A stretch of DNA of 58,804 nucleotides, filler included, from Sphacelaria rigidula (taxonomy: Eukaryota): NCBI GenBank assembly GCA_964200075.2. It is 4 parts of 4 records of this genome, joined end to end, with 100 filler letters (N's around TTAATTAATTAA, not from the genome) between each part and the next. Parts side by side here need not be neighbours in the genome. Positions count along the whole stretch, not along the records: positions 1 to 14,627 come from CAXNAA020002136.1; 3 more parts are not named here. The stretch is one strand, 5' to 3'. The first letter of the stretch is position 1, and every line of letters begins with the position of its first letter. The notes under the pieces are model-generated. The model was not told the DNA's origin and ran no database searches. It worked only from the letters and a program-made list of their open reading frames with translations. This document shows, piece by piece, positions 1 to 12,454 of the stretch. Both the position numbers and the translations under genes were made by a program.

Positions 1-1384
1 GATCAAACACTTATAGAGACCTTTCTGACATGCGGAGTAAGAACGGATACGTATGGTGGTGACCTAACTGTTGCTAGTGTGGCACATAGGAGTCCGTGTC
101 GAAGTAAACGTTAGCAGAGCAAGCCACACCCCAAGGAGGATGAGATTGTGGCAAGCCCGTCCTGTGATCAACTCGTTTTATCAAAGCTAAGGATTCTCTC
201 CCAACGTACACGCCAGCTGCTTTGAGCTGCAAACCAGACCCCAAAAACTTGCGGGCAATTGCTAGACAAATATGAGTAAAGGGGTATGTTACACGTGACT
301 CACTCTCGTTGGCTTGCCACGGCTTGCCGGCCTGAGGATGAGAAGTCGCGTAGAGCAGATGAAAGCTGGTGGTCCTTCTTGTGATTAGTTTTTACGGCAA
401 GCCTTTCTCTGGCAGGTGGATCGCAAGTGAACTCGTGGGCGATGTTGGGCGCTGCTCGCGCTTGCCCTCAAAAACTCCTCGCCACGCATACAATGGCCAC
501 AATACCAACTCGTAGTGGCGCGTGCCCTTTTATCTACCTATTTTGGCAGGCATGTGCCCCATATGGCTAATCCGATACAATCAATCCGACTACAGCCTGC
601 TTGCGCAATAACGCCGATTGGGCTGTATTAGTCCAGTTTCTACGTTACGTAGGCACATATTCGACTAGAATCTGTTCATACCCGCCGGTCGTTCCTGGGG
701 ACCATCTGCAAATCCCGAATAACTGGTTCAATTTAGTCTCTCGGTCATTCACCATCACATCTGTCTATTCTGCAATCTGGAGCACACGCTGGTCGCGTGA
801 ACGCCTAGCTCGGTACAGTACGAGCAGCTTCCCAGAATTATTCCGATGTGAGGAGGTCATGCATTACAGCATTACAAGCTGGAACGAGAGTGTTTTACGA
901 TCAACCACTTGTCGTTGCATTTGAGACTCACGCCATCAACCGCCGACAGCAAAGGTCTTGTGGCTTTCACGCAACATTGTCGGCAGTACGGTAGGCAAAC
1001 CCGATCATAGCTAGCTTTTGTTGCTACGGTACTTCCTCCCGACCGAAGTTCNNNNNNNNNNAGTTCGCAACGGGTATGAAAGCTAAACAGTTAATGTTTC
1101 TCAACTTCATCCACCCAATTCAAACGACTATCAAGATCATCTGAGGTAGGATGGCTTCCCTGTCCTCCCGTCAGATATTGAAGAAGGGCAGAAGAGGTTT
1201 TACGACCGCATGGAACACTAATGGGGGTACGGATAGTTTCTTCTGCATGAAAATGCGCGTCTTCCAACCTGCAAAGTGTTTCATGCGTATTGATTTCTAA
1301 TACGAACGGTAACTTGTCGATTTCTGATCCGTTCTCCACGAACTGCCTGATGCCAATCCCAGAAAAGTTTGATATTGCTGTTCG

Positions 1385-1610
1385 GAGCAATGCTACGATA
1401 GGGGTTGCAATTTTTGTTTCTGGGTCTCGTTTTTGTAGGAGCCCGAATATATGGGGCTTACTGTGTAACCCAAATCTCCGGGGGCAGGACATGGAGATGC
1501 ACACAGGGGCTTTTTCGTGAATCGGCATCATTTTCAGTCTTTTTGAAGTGAAAATGATGCCGATTCTCACAATGATCCGTGCAACACCCCGAGAAACATT
1601 TTCGCTCAAT
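1385..1610 (-). mobile_element. GAG...CTC MITE (Sola2-like), copy truncated at one end
   Basis: Reverse-complement copy of 11760-12017. It starts GAGCAATGCTACGATAGGGGTTGCA and has an internal perfect 18-bp hairpin GAATCGGCATCATTTTCA/TGAAAATGATGCCGATTC. The second TIR is missing where it abuts the retroelement. Confidence 0.85.
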
Positions 1611-3600
1611 ACGGTGACGGTATCTTCGCATGTTTAGTCGGACCCGAGGCGGCCACCTCTCCTGATAACCGTGCTACCCTCTCGGCCACCTCCGACTCCG
1701 GCCATCTCGAGATGCCGTCTGCTTCTTCGTTTTCGACGGCAGGTATGTGTTTCGCTATGGTACACCACCCGGTAGCGACTTCCATGCGACCCATCCTTCG
1801 CATCAGGAGGGCAGCGCGTCTGTCTTTCGATTCCCCGCATTTATTTATCCAGTGTACAGCCGACAAGTTGTCGCCGCGCATCAGAACCGGATCTCCTCTC
1901 TCTGTGGGCCTTTCGCCCCTGAACATCTGGATAGCGCAGGCGGTCATGAACATTCCACACAGTTCTAGTAGATTGATCGTGATCGCGCAGGTTTCTATAC
2001 TTCTTGTTTTTCTCTTCAGTTCGCATGTGAGCTCATGTGGTGAAGAGTACCGTCAGAGTAACCCGAGCTCTGGGCAGTACCCTCATACTGCTGCCAGGCT
2101 CGCGTCGGAGGTGTATCTACGAGATGCGGTGCGTTTGGTGTGGGCAAAGAACGGACCGCTAAGCGATTCACCGCGTTGCACCAGGTTCTCTGCGATAGCC
2201 CATTTCCAAATATCGATATCCTCGTGAAACTCCAGCCAAGGTTTACTTTTCGTCTCACCTCAAGTTTTTTGTATGCGGCTACGTGTAGGTCGGTGAGCCG
2301 TAGTAGTTGCTATACAGAGTATTTTCCGGGTCTTACGACAAACGTGAGGTTCCATAGTTTTCCAGCTATGCTAAGTACGTCTTGCGCGGTCGCGCGTGTC
2401 TTGTCCGCGGGCCAGTCGCGCTCCAGCGATTCTTTGATTGCTTCGACCTTTTCCCGAGTGACCGCTATCCTCATGGTGTGTGTGTCGATCGTGAATCCCA
2501 ACGCGTCAATGCGATCTGAGGCTAGCGAAGCTGAGGCGACTAGCGCCGATTTACCTTGCGCGCCGTGCTGTACCCTTGCTAGGATGTAGTCGTCCACGTA
2601 CACGCCAACGAAAAAGGGGTCGTGTAGTTGCCTCCCCGTTTGCTGGGGGAATAGCAGCGTCGGGCGGGACCTTTGCGTCCCTTCTTTCCAGGGCTCGACT
2701 ATGGTCACGTGTTTCATCACCTCTCTACCTTCTTCGAATATTTATTGCGGCGTCGAGTATTGTGGTATTGCAGTGTGCGTGTTCAGTGGCCTGTGATAAG
2801 AGTCCCAAGTAGCCGGGGGATCCCGTCCATCCAGACGTGAGCCGAAAGTCTTCTACTATCGCGTCGTCTACCACGTAGCAGCACTTTCACGCCTGGTCGG
2901 GCGCGATCCTGACATTTCTGAATGCATTCGAGACGTCCGCCCTTGACAGTAGGATTCTGCTATCTGGAAACTTGACGCGTAACTTCAGGAGTTCATTCTG
3001 TAGTTTTGGGAGTGCCTCTCCGCACAGGCATTGCGGCACCTCGTCCACAATCGTGTCCCGGTTGAGGCCGCCCTTCTCTCCCTTCGGTACGCTGGGGTCA
3101 AACGAAAGTCGCTGATAATCCTGACTTTGCTCTTTACTACTGTCCCAAGCGGGGCCACTCTGAGGCCGCTGATTTCAAGCGTCGCCCCCTTTTCAAACGC
3201 CAGGCATCTGTTCCTTCGTGCATCCTCTACCAATTTCTCCCAGACTTGGGGCATATGTTCTTCGATACTGCGGTGATCACCGTATTTTAGCGTTCCTCGA
3301 GGATCGAGATCGCGGGACCATGTGTTCATTGGGACTCCGTACTCCATCATGTGCAAGAGTTCTCGCATCCGAGGGAAGTGTTTTTTGTTTCCGAAATACT
3401 CGTGGATGATGTCTCTCAGGTTCCTCGGCGGTGGCACCAAACCCCCTTGCTACGTCCCCGATTCTTCCGTGGTTGAGTCGGACGAGACTCGTGCAGGTGG
3501 CGGCTAGGTCTGTGATGATGCGTTTCATTTCTGTTAGATCTATGTGTGTATTCGATAGTTTTTGCTGTTGCTGTTTCCACCGGGTATTGAGGCTTTTGCT
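1611..3600 (-). pseudogene. DIRS-type pol (reverse transcriptase + RNase H), fragmented
   Basis: LRVAPLGTVVKSKVRIISDF; FFVGVYVDDYIL (RT catalytic YVDD, ~2580-2610); ALGFTIDT; MRGDNLSAVHWINKCG and KHIPAVENEEADGISR (DIRS-type RNase H motifs). Confidence 0.88.
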
Positions 3601-3734
3601 TGGGTGGTCTGTGTGTACGGTTGGGCTTCGGTGGCATGTGGTCCCAACTGGAGGTGAGTTTCTCATCGACCCGAAATTTCGCCCACCGATGGTCTCCTTA
3701 CTGTCGGGGTTGGTCTTCTTTTATGCTAGCTTCT

Positions 3735-4452
3735 CATTCGTCAACGTGTGCGAGCCGTTGTCTGGGGCTACCTGTGTGTAAGTATTGGTCAACGGTCTTG
3801 TTTGAGTGCATCAGGTGCTGTTTCGAACTCGTGCACGCTTTCCGCTGGTCAACATGGACGTGCCGTTGTACAGGGTTCCCCCGGAACTGCCAGACAACGG
3901 GTCTTCTTCTGCACCTCTATGTTCTTTTGCTCCTCTTATGTTACTGGTTATCGAGTTTGGGCGCTTTGCGCTCGTCAACGTGGACGTGCCGTTGTTCAGG
4001 GTCTTCTTCTGCACTGGGTGTGGTTCGAATTTCACGGGGAGCGTGAGTTCTGTTATTGTCTGGTCTACCGACGTTCAGGGTTACCTGTGCGTGACTGCCG
4101 AGCGCCGGGTCTTCATCTGTGCGATGATAGTTGGTTCGAACTCTTGCATGCTTTGCGCTGGTCAACATGGACGTGCCGTTGTCCAGGGTTTCCTCGGAAC
4201 TGCCAGACAACGGGTCTTCTTCTGCACATCTATGTTATTTTGCTCCCCTTACTGATTATCGAGTTTGCACGCTTTGCGCTCGCCAACATGGACGTGCCGT
4301 TGTTCAGGGCTCCCTCGGAACTGCCGAACCGCGGGTCTTCTTCTGCACTGGGTGTGGTTCGAATTTCACGTTAAGCATGAGTTCTGTTATTGTCTGATCT
4401 ACCGACGTTCAGGGTTACCTGTGCGTGACTGCCGAGCGCCGGACCTTCTTCT
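3735..4452. repeat. Hierarchical tandem repeat between gag and pol of retroelement copy 1
   Basis: A unit of roughly 310-365 nt repeats (TTCGAACTC...GCTGGTCAACATGGACGTGCCGTTG at 3822 and 4135). Sub-units CAACRTGGACGTGCCGTTG occur 4 times and GGGTCTTCTTCTGCAC recurs. Confidence 0.9.
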
Positions 4453-6912
4453 ACACGTCTCTTGTCTGTGGGGATGTGCGAAGTGGTTTTGGCGGGGTGT
4501 CTGCGTGTACTACTGATGGCTTCCTTAGTCATGGACGAGCAGGTTTCCTGATCTTGTTGCTGACTTACCTGTGCACGCTCGTGCATTCCGTTGTACCCAG
4601 AAGTCGACCGGTTACTGTGGCCGTGGGGGCCGTTGTTCACGTGTTTGTTGGTTTTCATACTATTGGGAGGGGCGATTATCAATCGAATCTTTCATGCGTG
4701 TGAGCTCTACCCTCCAATCTAGTGTACCCTGCCGACATTTGCTTGTTACAGTACGTCTTGGTGGGGTTGGTCATCCACTCTTTTGTCGGGCGTGGGCAAT
4801 GTGGAATGCGACTACGCGATCTACCGCCGTGACGTGCTCTATGGTTGCTACATGCGTCCGTACTTTAGCTCTCACCGTGACAGAAGCTTGCGGTTACCGA
4901 CCCCGGTTAGGGGACCTGGGCGATACCCCCCGACCTCGTTGAGTCCGTGACCGATGCTCCACCTTCCCCCAGACTGGTAGGCCCCGCCGACTGGCGGAGC
5001 CCGCACGCTCAGGTGACCCGCCCAGCTCCATCATTTCCGCCGAAGGTATGGGAAAATCGCGCCACCGCACTCGCTGCGGCCACCGGTGCCGCTGGTGCTG
5101 GTGGTTTTGCCTTCGCCGCCGTCGGGGCTGTTGGTGTTATCTTGACCGCCGCTGGCGGCTGGAGGGGCGGGCCTCCGATGGCTTCGTGCTTGTTGGTGTG
5201 GTCGGGGAGGCGGCCGCCGCGCCCCTGTGGGCACGTGAGGCTCTGCCATGCTCATAGGCAGACGCCCGCCGGCGGGGTCCATGGCGCCAGTTTTGTGTTG
5301 AAATCGGTGTTTGGTGGGGTGCGGTGTAGCCACTGGGGCGGGTACGACGGAGGGTGGGGGGCAACGCGTCTTACCTCGTTGCTCATGCCTCCATCGGGGA
5401 GCGCCTTCCGCTTGACGGTTTTCTTGGTAGCGGGCTGCGCGGGTGAGCCTGCCACGGTGAGGCCGGGGTTCTGGCGTCCAATGAGCCTGCTGGGGTGGGC
5501 GTGAGCGGTGAGCGTCTTGACGCGGGTGAACGCTGGTACCGGCGCTGCGGGTCCCTGCCCGTTGGTGGGTAGGGCGGTGGGTGACTCCATGTGCAGATTC
5601 CGCCCGGCGTCCCTGCAGTCTGTCAGCCACCCGTTGACGTCGTGATTGTAGTCGGTAATTATGCGGGTTTTTACGGCCGCCTGGTCTCTGTGTAGAGTGG
5701 CGTGGTTTTCTCCGGTGTACGCGTCCAGCGCCGACGCCATCCTCGTCAGCTCCCCTGTGATGCTTTCCTATCCCGCCAGCCGTCGTTGTCGTTGGTGCCG
5801 AAGTTGATGATGATGACCAGCGCCTTGGTGAAAGTGGTGACCTGAACCTCGGTGCGGAAGTAAGTTTTTTCATGCCAGGGGGCACCGGGGAGTGAAAGTT
5901 GGTGACGTCTGCATCGGTTAACGTCTGAAGGTTAAGGAGTATGTCGCGGTTGGTGTCGGCCACATCGCGGAGTTCAAGCTTCAGGTTTGCATCGGACATG
6001 GGAATGGAAATGGAGACCTCGTCCCTGAGATTTTGGAAGGGTGCCTTGTTTTCGTCCGAGAGCCAGCTGTTGATCTCCCGCTTCTACATTTCTTCGACCT
6101 TCTTTGTACTGGCGGGAGCGGTTTTGGCCGCTCCTATTGCATGGATGAATTGTTGGATCTGTCCCCCTCCCCCACCATTGAGAAGCCGGACGAGTTGGTG
6201 GACCTGGGATTGCGGCTGTGCTTGGTAGTATTGCTGTGGTTGATGTCAGTGGTGTTGTTGGTGCTGTTGTACGTGGTGCTGGTCCGGCTGCGGTTGTTGA
6301 TGGTGCTGCTGCGTCTGCGGTGTTGCTGCTTCGGCTGTTGGTGTTGCTGGTGTTGCTGAGGTTGATGATGTCGCTGCTGCTGTTGCGGTTGTTGATGATG
6401 GCAATGTGACTGCGGCTGTTGGTGTTGATAATGCGGTAGCGGCCCTCCGATGGGTGGCGGAAGTAGGATGTTGGGTGCGAGCAAGGGGAGCCCCTCTGCT
6501 CTTCCCCCCGCCATGTGCTGTTGCTGTGCGCCGCTCGCCGGCTGACGGCCTGCCCCGCCTTGCGGTTGTGGTTGTCCGTACTGGAGAAGATGTACCTGCT
6601 GGTGAAGGGTCGATATCGCTTCGCTCTACTACTGCTGTCTGCGGAGGTTTTGCTGGTGCTGCTGTTCCGTTTTGATGTTCGCTTTTGTCTGTGCCTGCAG
6701 GATTTGAGCCAGAATGTCTGACGGCTGGCTTGGGCCAGGTGGGGGTCCGAGCGGGGGTGGTGGGGATGCTGGTGCGTCAGTGTTTGGCTGTCCTGCACTA
6801 CCCCGCGGGCCAGCGTGCTGATTAGCGGAGATCGGGTTGATGTGCTCACCTCCGACTTGTGATGCCGGAACTCGACCTGGTTCCCCTCCTGCGGTCTTCC
6901 CCCCTTTTGCTC

Positions 6913-6960
6913 TGCGTGGTCAATGGTCAAATGACTAAGGCAAGCAACAAATGAGTACGC
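6913..6960 (+). mobile_element. Ultra-short retroposed element, 5'-truncated copy inside gag
   Basis: TGCGTGGTCAATGGTCAAATGACTAAGGCAAGCAACAAATGAGTACGC flanked by the perfect 14-bp duplication CCCCCCTTTTGCTC (6899-6912, 6961-6974). Confidence 0.9.
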
Positions 6961-9900
6961 CCCCCCTTTTGCTCCTGCCGTTGCTCGAGCTCCCGATCTG
7001 CCCCTGTGCTAGTGTTGGTCTTGACCCTGCGGGGCTGCTTCTGCTGCTGTTGCTGTTCCCGATGCTGGTGTGTCGTCCATTATAAAAATCGACGAAGTGC
7101 CAGGGACTGCTGTACTACTAAGACTGCTGGCGTGTCACTGTCAGGTCAACTGGTCTCGAATTATACTGTCTGCTTCTTTAATGCTCTTGCACCAGATCAG
7201 TCTCGCCCGCTTGAACAAACTCTGCGGCGTTGGCGCCTTGGCCACACGAACCCTTAATTTTATTTCAAGTTCGGCATACACCAGAGTACATCCCTTATAA
7301 TTCGTCATCTATCAACACAAACCTCGCATTCTTGTTGAATACACCCAACGCGAAAGTGATTTTGTGTCACGTCGAACGGGAACATACGACATCCCGTTGG
7401 CGGGGGCATAACCGAAGGCTTGACGCTTGACAGACAAGTCAACACAATCACACATGAATCTGAGGGAATCATTGCCCTCCCTAACCAAAACACACCGCTC
7501 CATTCATTGCTGCTCATCAGCTGAGCATACCGTGCGCGACCTTGTTCGAATCGGTTCAGAATTCAGTAAGAAATGATGGTTTGCGTGAAACGCGCGCATA
7601 GCACACGTCCAAAAACAGTCAGCGATAGCACGTTTTCGGTTGCTATTTGACACACACGCGGCCGCCTCTCATCCAACACGGGACGGATTTGCGTTCAACA
7701 AAGACTGTTGTGTGTAAATGATGAAGAGCTAGCGCTTGAGCGAATGCGCGTGAGTGATGGGTGTTTATGCGTCGGTTTTCGTGGCTTGGTGTATCGGCGC
7801 TATCTTACCTCGTTGCGTCTTGTCCGCAGTAGTACAGACATATTAGACTAGCCGCCACTTCCAGATCTCCCGCATTTTTTACCTGTGTACAGATCTGGGC
7901 TTCGATCCGGACAAAACTGCTTGTCGATACGACGCAGTACTGGTCGTTGTGGGGCAATCACTTCTCCAAACGTTTTTAAAAAAAAGTGATAATCACTTCC
8001 GATAAGACCCCACCTCAATGGATAACGGATCAAACGTACAGACCCATTTTACAAACTTCAAGGGGCTGTGGTGAGCTCAGACTTCAGTGGATCATTAGAT
8101 TGGAACATAGCTGGTGGAAATGTAGCGTTCAGTATGCAAGCGGTGTTTGCGGAGGCGTGTACGAATTCTGACGATGTTGGACGTACGTACAGAAAAATAT
8201 GTGCTTATATATGCTGTACGTCGTCTGTCCTTGTTTCTCAGCTGCAGTACCGCTGCTAGTAGAAAAGTTGGCCATCGAGCTAGGTTGCCGCAGTTGCCAG
8301 ACACACGAGTACATATAGTATCACCAGCAACGAGTAGCCTCCATCTAGCAACGGCCTACTGGTCTATGCACACAAGTAGGTAGGAGTAGTCAAGAACTAG
8401 CGCGCTTCGCAGAGGATCGATCGACTTTTACATCATATCCGGCATAGACGGGGGCGCGGGTCAAGCAGGCGGAGATGAAAATCTTGCACCACAAGGAGAC
8501 GGCATGGCTGGGGTAGGGGCCGGCGGACTTCCCACAGACGGCGGTGGGAGCCAAGCACACCAAGACGGCGAGGTGGTGGCCTTGCATAATAAACCACACG
8601 AGGCAGCAGCAGCGGCAGCCGACCAACCTCCGGGCATACCGCAAGCGCCCGTCATGTCTCAGCATTTTTTCAGCAACACATACTCGCCGCATTGGCCCAG
8701 ATGACCAATCGTCTGCAGGCGGTTGAGAATCACCAGCAGCCGCAGCCGCTACAACTCCCGCAGGCACCCCCACAGCAATCACCGCTACAGATCGGGAACG
8801 GGTGGCAACAACCACCACACCCGCAGGTTTCAGCGGCGGGCACGCAAGCGGCGGCACAACTGACCGCAGTCGAACAGGCAGGTACAAAAGCAAACGCAAA
8901 ATGTGCCGTCTACTCGTGGCGGGCCACCCGTTTTTTCTCTTGATGGGGGACTATCACGTGAGTGAAGAGCTCACCTTCCACCTCCAACAATTCACGCTCA
9001 AGAATGTGGTTCACGCTACGCAGGCGTCCTCCCTTCAGCTGCAAAACCTGGCCAACTTCCAGACAACGGACTTTGAAAAAACGGTGCCATTATGCTCAAC
9101 CCTCATGGGCATGCCGGCTGACGTGCATTTCCATACGTTCGTCGCGTCTTTGTTCACGGTTTTGCTCACCCCCATGGAGCACGTTCCCGACCTATGCAAG
9201 ACACGCACGCGCGCCCTTCAGTCGGAGTGCGAATCAGTGGCAAACCAAGTACGGGAGTACACCGATTATCATCACACATCACTGTACCCGCATACGACGA
9301 CGGTCCGTGCCACGCTTCTAACAGCCATGGGCACCGGCATCGGAGAGTTCTTCTACCGGGTGGCACTTCAGGCAGAACAGCTCCGGAGGACGTATCCGGT
9401 CGCCGTTCCGCCGTCGACGACGGGAGAGCCGGTAGCGGCGCCGGGTTTATAAAACTGAAATCCCTCGTCATCGAGGACGGGCCCAACTGCCTCGTTGAAG
9501 AATCTGCATTCTGGCCGGTCGGGGAGACAAAACCCAACAAGAAACGTAAAGCGACGTGGCAGGTAGGCACCGTAGCTCCCCCCTCTTCGAGCAACACCAC
9601 CCCGGCGGGACCCCCGTCAACCTTTGCTTAGAGACAGTCCAGTGGCAGACCCTTCAGGATGTTTGCGTCTACCACTGGCAAAAACAACCGTACACGCAAA
9701 ATAAGTGCAGGTTTTCACATGATATCGTGTCTCCACCGGCATCCGGGCAGGCACAGGCTACGCCGGCGCCGACGGCGCCGGCGCCAGCCCAAACAACGAT
9801 ATTGCCCCCGCCCCGCAGCTCCCGGCAACCCCGTCACAGCACACACTATCTCAGGTGCACCAACCGTCCGCTCACCACCAGCAGCAATCGGCGCCCGCCC

Positions 9901-10397
9901 CGGCACCGGTAGCATGATACTCACACAGTTACGGAGGGCGCGGCGGCGGAAGGGGGGGAGGCGCCGCAGGTGGGAGAGGAAACGGGAGCGGATGAGGGCG
10001 CAGGCTCTGCCCACCAGCAGGGCCGACATCGACAGGAGAAGCGGGTAGCGACGTGAACACGATGCTTGCGGACGCCTCTAGGTCAGTGAGACTTTTCCGG
10101 GTACCTTCACCTGGGTCGGTCCCAGCGACCGTGTTTCATGGTGAGAGATGTCGAGAGCAGACAGTGGTAGCGGTGCCTTGCGACTTGGGTTGTGAGCACA
10201 TGGGGAATCAGGGTTACGAAAGAAACGGGGTATCTCTCGCCAGTATGTCGCGTCAGTTAGTTCAGGACATAATGGCGTAACCCATCGGATAGCAAACACC
10301 CACTCAGTCTCGCTCTCACAGGCTGTCGGCGTAGCGCCACCGACACCAGTAACCACTGGCACGTTAGAACAACCCGCTCCAGTTTTTCATGCATCGG

Positions 10398-10712
10398 GGA
10401 CCAGTTACCACATCCGTGACCGTGGGGGCAGTTACCCCTTCAGTGACCGCGGGGCCAGTTACCCCATCAGTGACCGTGGGGCTAGTTACCCCTCCACTAA
10501 CCGTGGGGCCAGCTACCTCTTCAGTGACCGTGGGGCCAGTTACCCCTTTAGTGACCATGGGGCCAGTTACTCAATCAGTGACCATCGGGCCAGTTCCCCC
10601 ACCAGTGCCCACGGGGCCAGTTACCCCATCAGGAGTCGTAGGATCCGTTACCCCACCAGTGACCACGGGGCCAGTTTCCCCTTCTGCGAACCAGGGGCCG
10701 GTTACCCCGCTA
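10398..10712 (+). repeat. 27-bp minisatellite (~12 units) encoding GPVTPSVTV-like nonapeptides
   Basis: Consensus GGGCCAGTTACCCCATCAGTGACCGTG; the frame stays open across the array (ORF 10389-10919). Confidence 0.95.
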
Positions 10713-11008
10713 GTAATTCCTCGACGTATCAAAGAGTCAGGACAGTCTGACGCTAAACTAGTAGCACTGTGGTACTCAGAAGGAGAGTTGGAAAATCAAG
10801 TATCACAGCCAAGAAAAAGGAAGATATACTGTACAGACTCGCAAATATCTACACGCTTATCACACAAGAATACGGTGGGTACATTGGGGATGTCGCGAGG
10901 TCTGCCGGGGAACCGCTAGTTACGCCGCCGGTAGACCCGCGCGAGATCAGGAAGTATTTTGGGGAGAAAAAAGGTTTCCCGCAGACAGACGAACTCCTTA
11001 CTATCGTA

Positions 11009-12454
11009 CGAGCTCGACCAGCCGAGAAGCGATTCTGTTTGCAGGCCCATTATACGGCCAATATTTGGAGTTGGACCCTGAAATTTGATATGGACGATGA
11101 ATAGGGCATAATAAAAAAATTACCAGTGCACACAAGGTTTTTTTTCCCCATGAGTTTGGGGCATTTTACCGATATCTGAAAACTGATTACTGCCCGTAAC
11201 TTATGAAAACAAAACAAAACCCTTGTGCGCACTAGCAATTATTTTTATTATGCCCTATTCATTGTCCAAATCAAAGTTTAGTGACAGGATCAGAAGAAAT
11301 TCGGAACAGTACTTTGCAGGCCAAAAACCGGCGCACGTTTGGTGTTTATGTATTGAAAATGTGTGTGGGCCGTGGGTAGGGCATAATTGACGATACAAAG
11401 TGGGTCAGGTTAATTTTTCTCTAGTTTTTCATTGTTTTACGGCGTTTTAGTATGGAAACCGCCATTGTTTTACGAGAATGCCCGAACCTCTCCCAAAACA
11501 AAAAAGTTAGGGCCCATTTTCTTTTTTATTCAGCATCATACCTCTGTGGTTCTTTCTCCTAAGTTTTAAATGAAAAATTAAAAAAGAATGAGCTAAACAA
11601 TTGAGGTAAGGCCCAAAAGCAGTGTTCATATCCCCTCAAAACTGCCTCAAAAACCCGAAAAATGAAAAAAAAAAACTCGACAATATTGAAAAAGATGTGT
11701 TTGTAAGCTTTATTATGCACTATTATGCACTAGCGGTTCTCCATACGACATTTGATAGCGAGTGATGCTACGGTAGGGTTGCACTCATTGAGCGAAAATG
11801 TTTTTCGGGGCGTTGCACGGATCATTGTGGGGATCGGCATCATTTTCACTTCAAAAAGACTGAAAATGATGCCGATTCACGAAAAGGCCCCAGTGTGCAT
11901 CTCCATGTATGTCCTGTCCCCGGAGATATGGGTTACACAGTAAGCCCCATATATTTGGGCTCCTACAAAAACGAGACCCAGAAAAAAAAAGGTGCAACCC
12001 CTATGGTAGCATTGCTCTAGCGTAACTCTCAAAAACTGCGACGCTATATTCAGGTTAAGCTGATCTATCCCATCTGCTCGTAATATACTGATTTTAGTAT
12101 GGAAACTTATATGCGCCATATCTCGAGATCGATTGCGAACCAGGTGAAGGTGAGGGATCTATCGTCTCCTCGTGCTCCAGGGAATGTCCACACAAAAATT
12201 CGTCGTCATCCGCTGAATGCATCGATCGGGGGGTTTCATAGAGATTTTAGTATGGACGCTATCTCCCTCAGGTATAGGAATTACTAGACATGGGGTTTGA
12301 TCAGCGAGAAAATGTGGGCCCAAAACTTTGAGCAGGCGGGCACCTTACCCTTGGTTAGACGATTAATACAATGTGCGGATCATGGCCCAACTCGTCCGTG
12401 TCGACGAGATATTGCTTCGAGAGCTTAAATCCGTGTCTAGGCTGGCCCAGCTCG
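11009..12454. mobile_element. Non-autonomous Tc1/mariner-like DNA element inserted in pol of copy 2
   Basis: TA|CGAGCTCGACCAGCC ... GGCTGGCCCAGCTCG|TA. Removing it restores the in-frame ELLTIVSTGLP. AT-rich and non-coding, with an internal ~62-bp inverted repeat at 11081-11142 / 11217-11279. Confidence 0.85.
11760..12017 (+). mobile_element. GAG...CTC MITE (Sola2-like), complete, 258 bp
   Basis: TIRs GAGTGATGCTACGGTAGGGTTGCA / TGCAACCCCTATGGTAGCATTGCTC; 4-bp TSD TAGC (11756-11759, 12018-12021). Confidence 0.9.

Larger units (their letters stand above)
1611..7080 (-). mobile_element. Degenerate DIRS/Ngaro-type retroelement, copy 1 (gag, repeat array, RT, RNase H)
   Basis: Q/P-rich gag-like frame from an ATG at 7080 (MDDTPASG...) with a degenerate CCCH-like motif near 5200-5260, followed by pol fragments. 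It carries many stops and frameshifts. True termini were not identified. Confidence 0.85.

Noticed and set aside
1-1051. Tyrosine recombinase of retroelement copy 1, or another gene
   Set aside because: Manual translation of the frames checked showed frequent stops and no recombinase motif; a CSYC...H...C pattern on the minus strand is too weak to call.
1091-1609. 172-aa ORF as a gene (and similar ORFs at 11752 and 54401)
   Set aside because: The N-terminal half is read-through of the non-coding MITE; the remainder has no recognisable motif.
10398-10712. CRISPR-like array
   Set aside because: The 27-nt units are contiguous with no unique spacers and no cas genes, in a eukaryotic retroelement context; it is a coding minisatellite.
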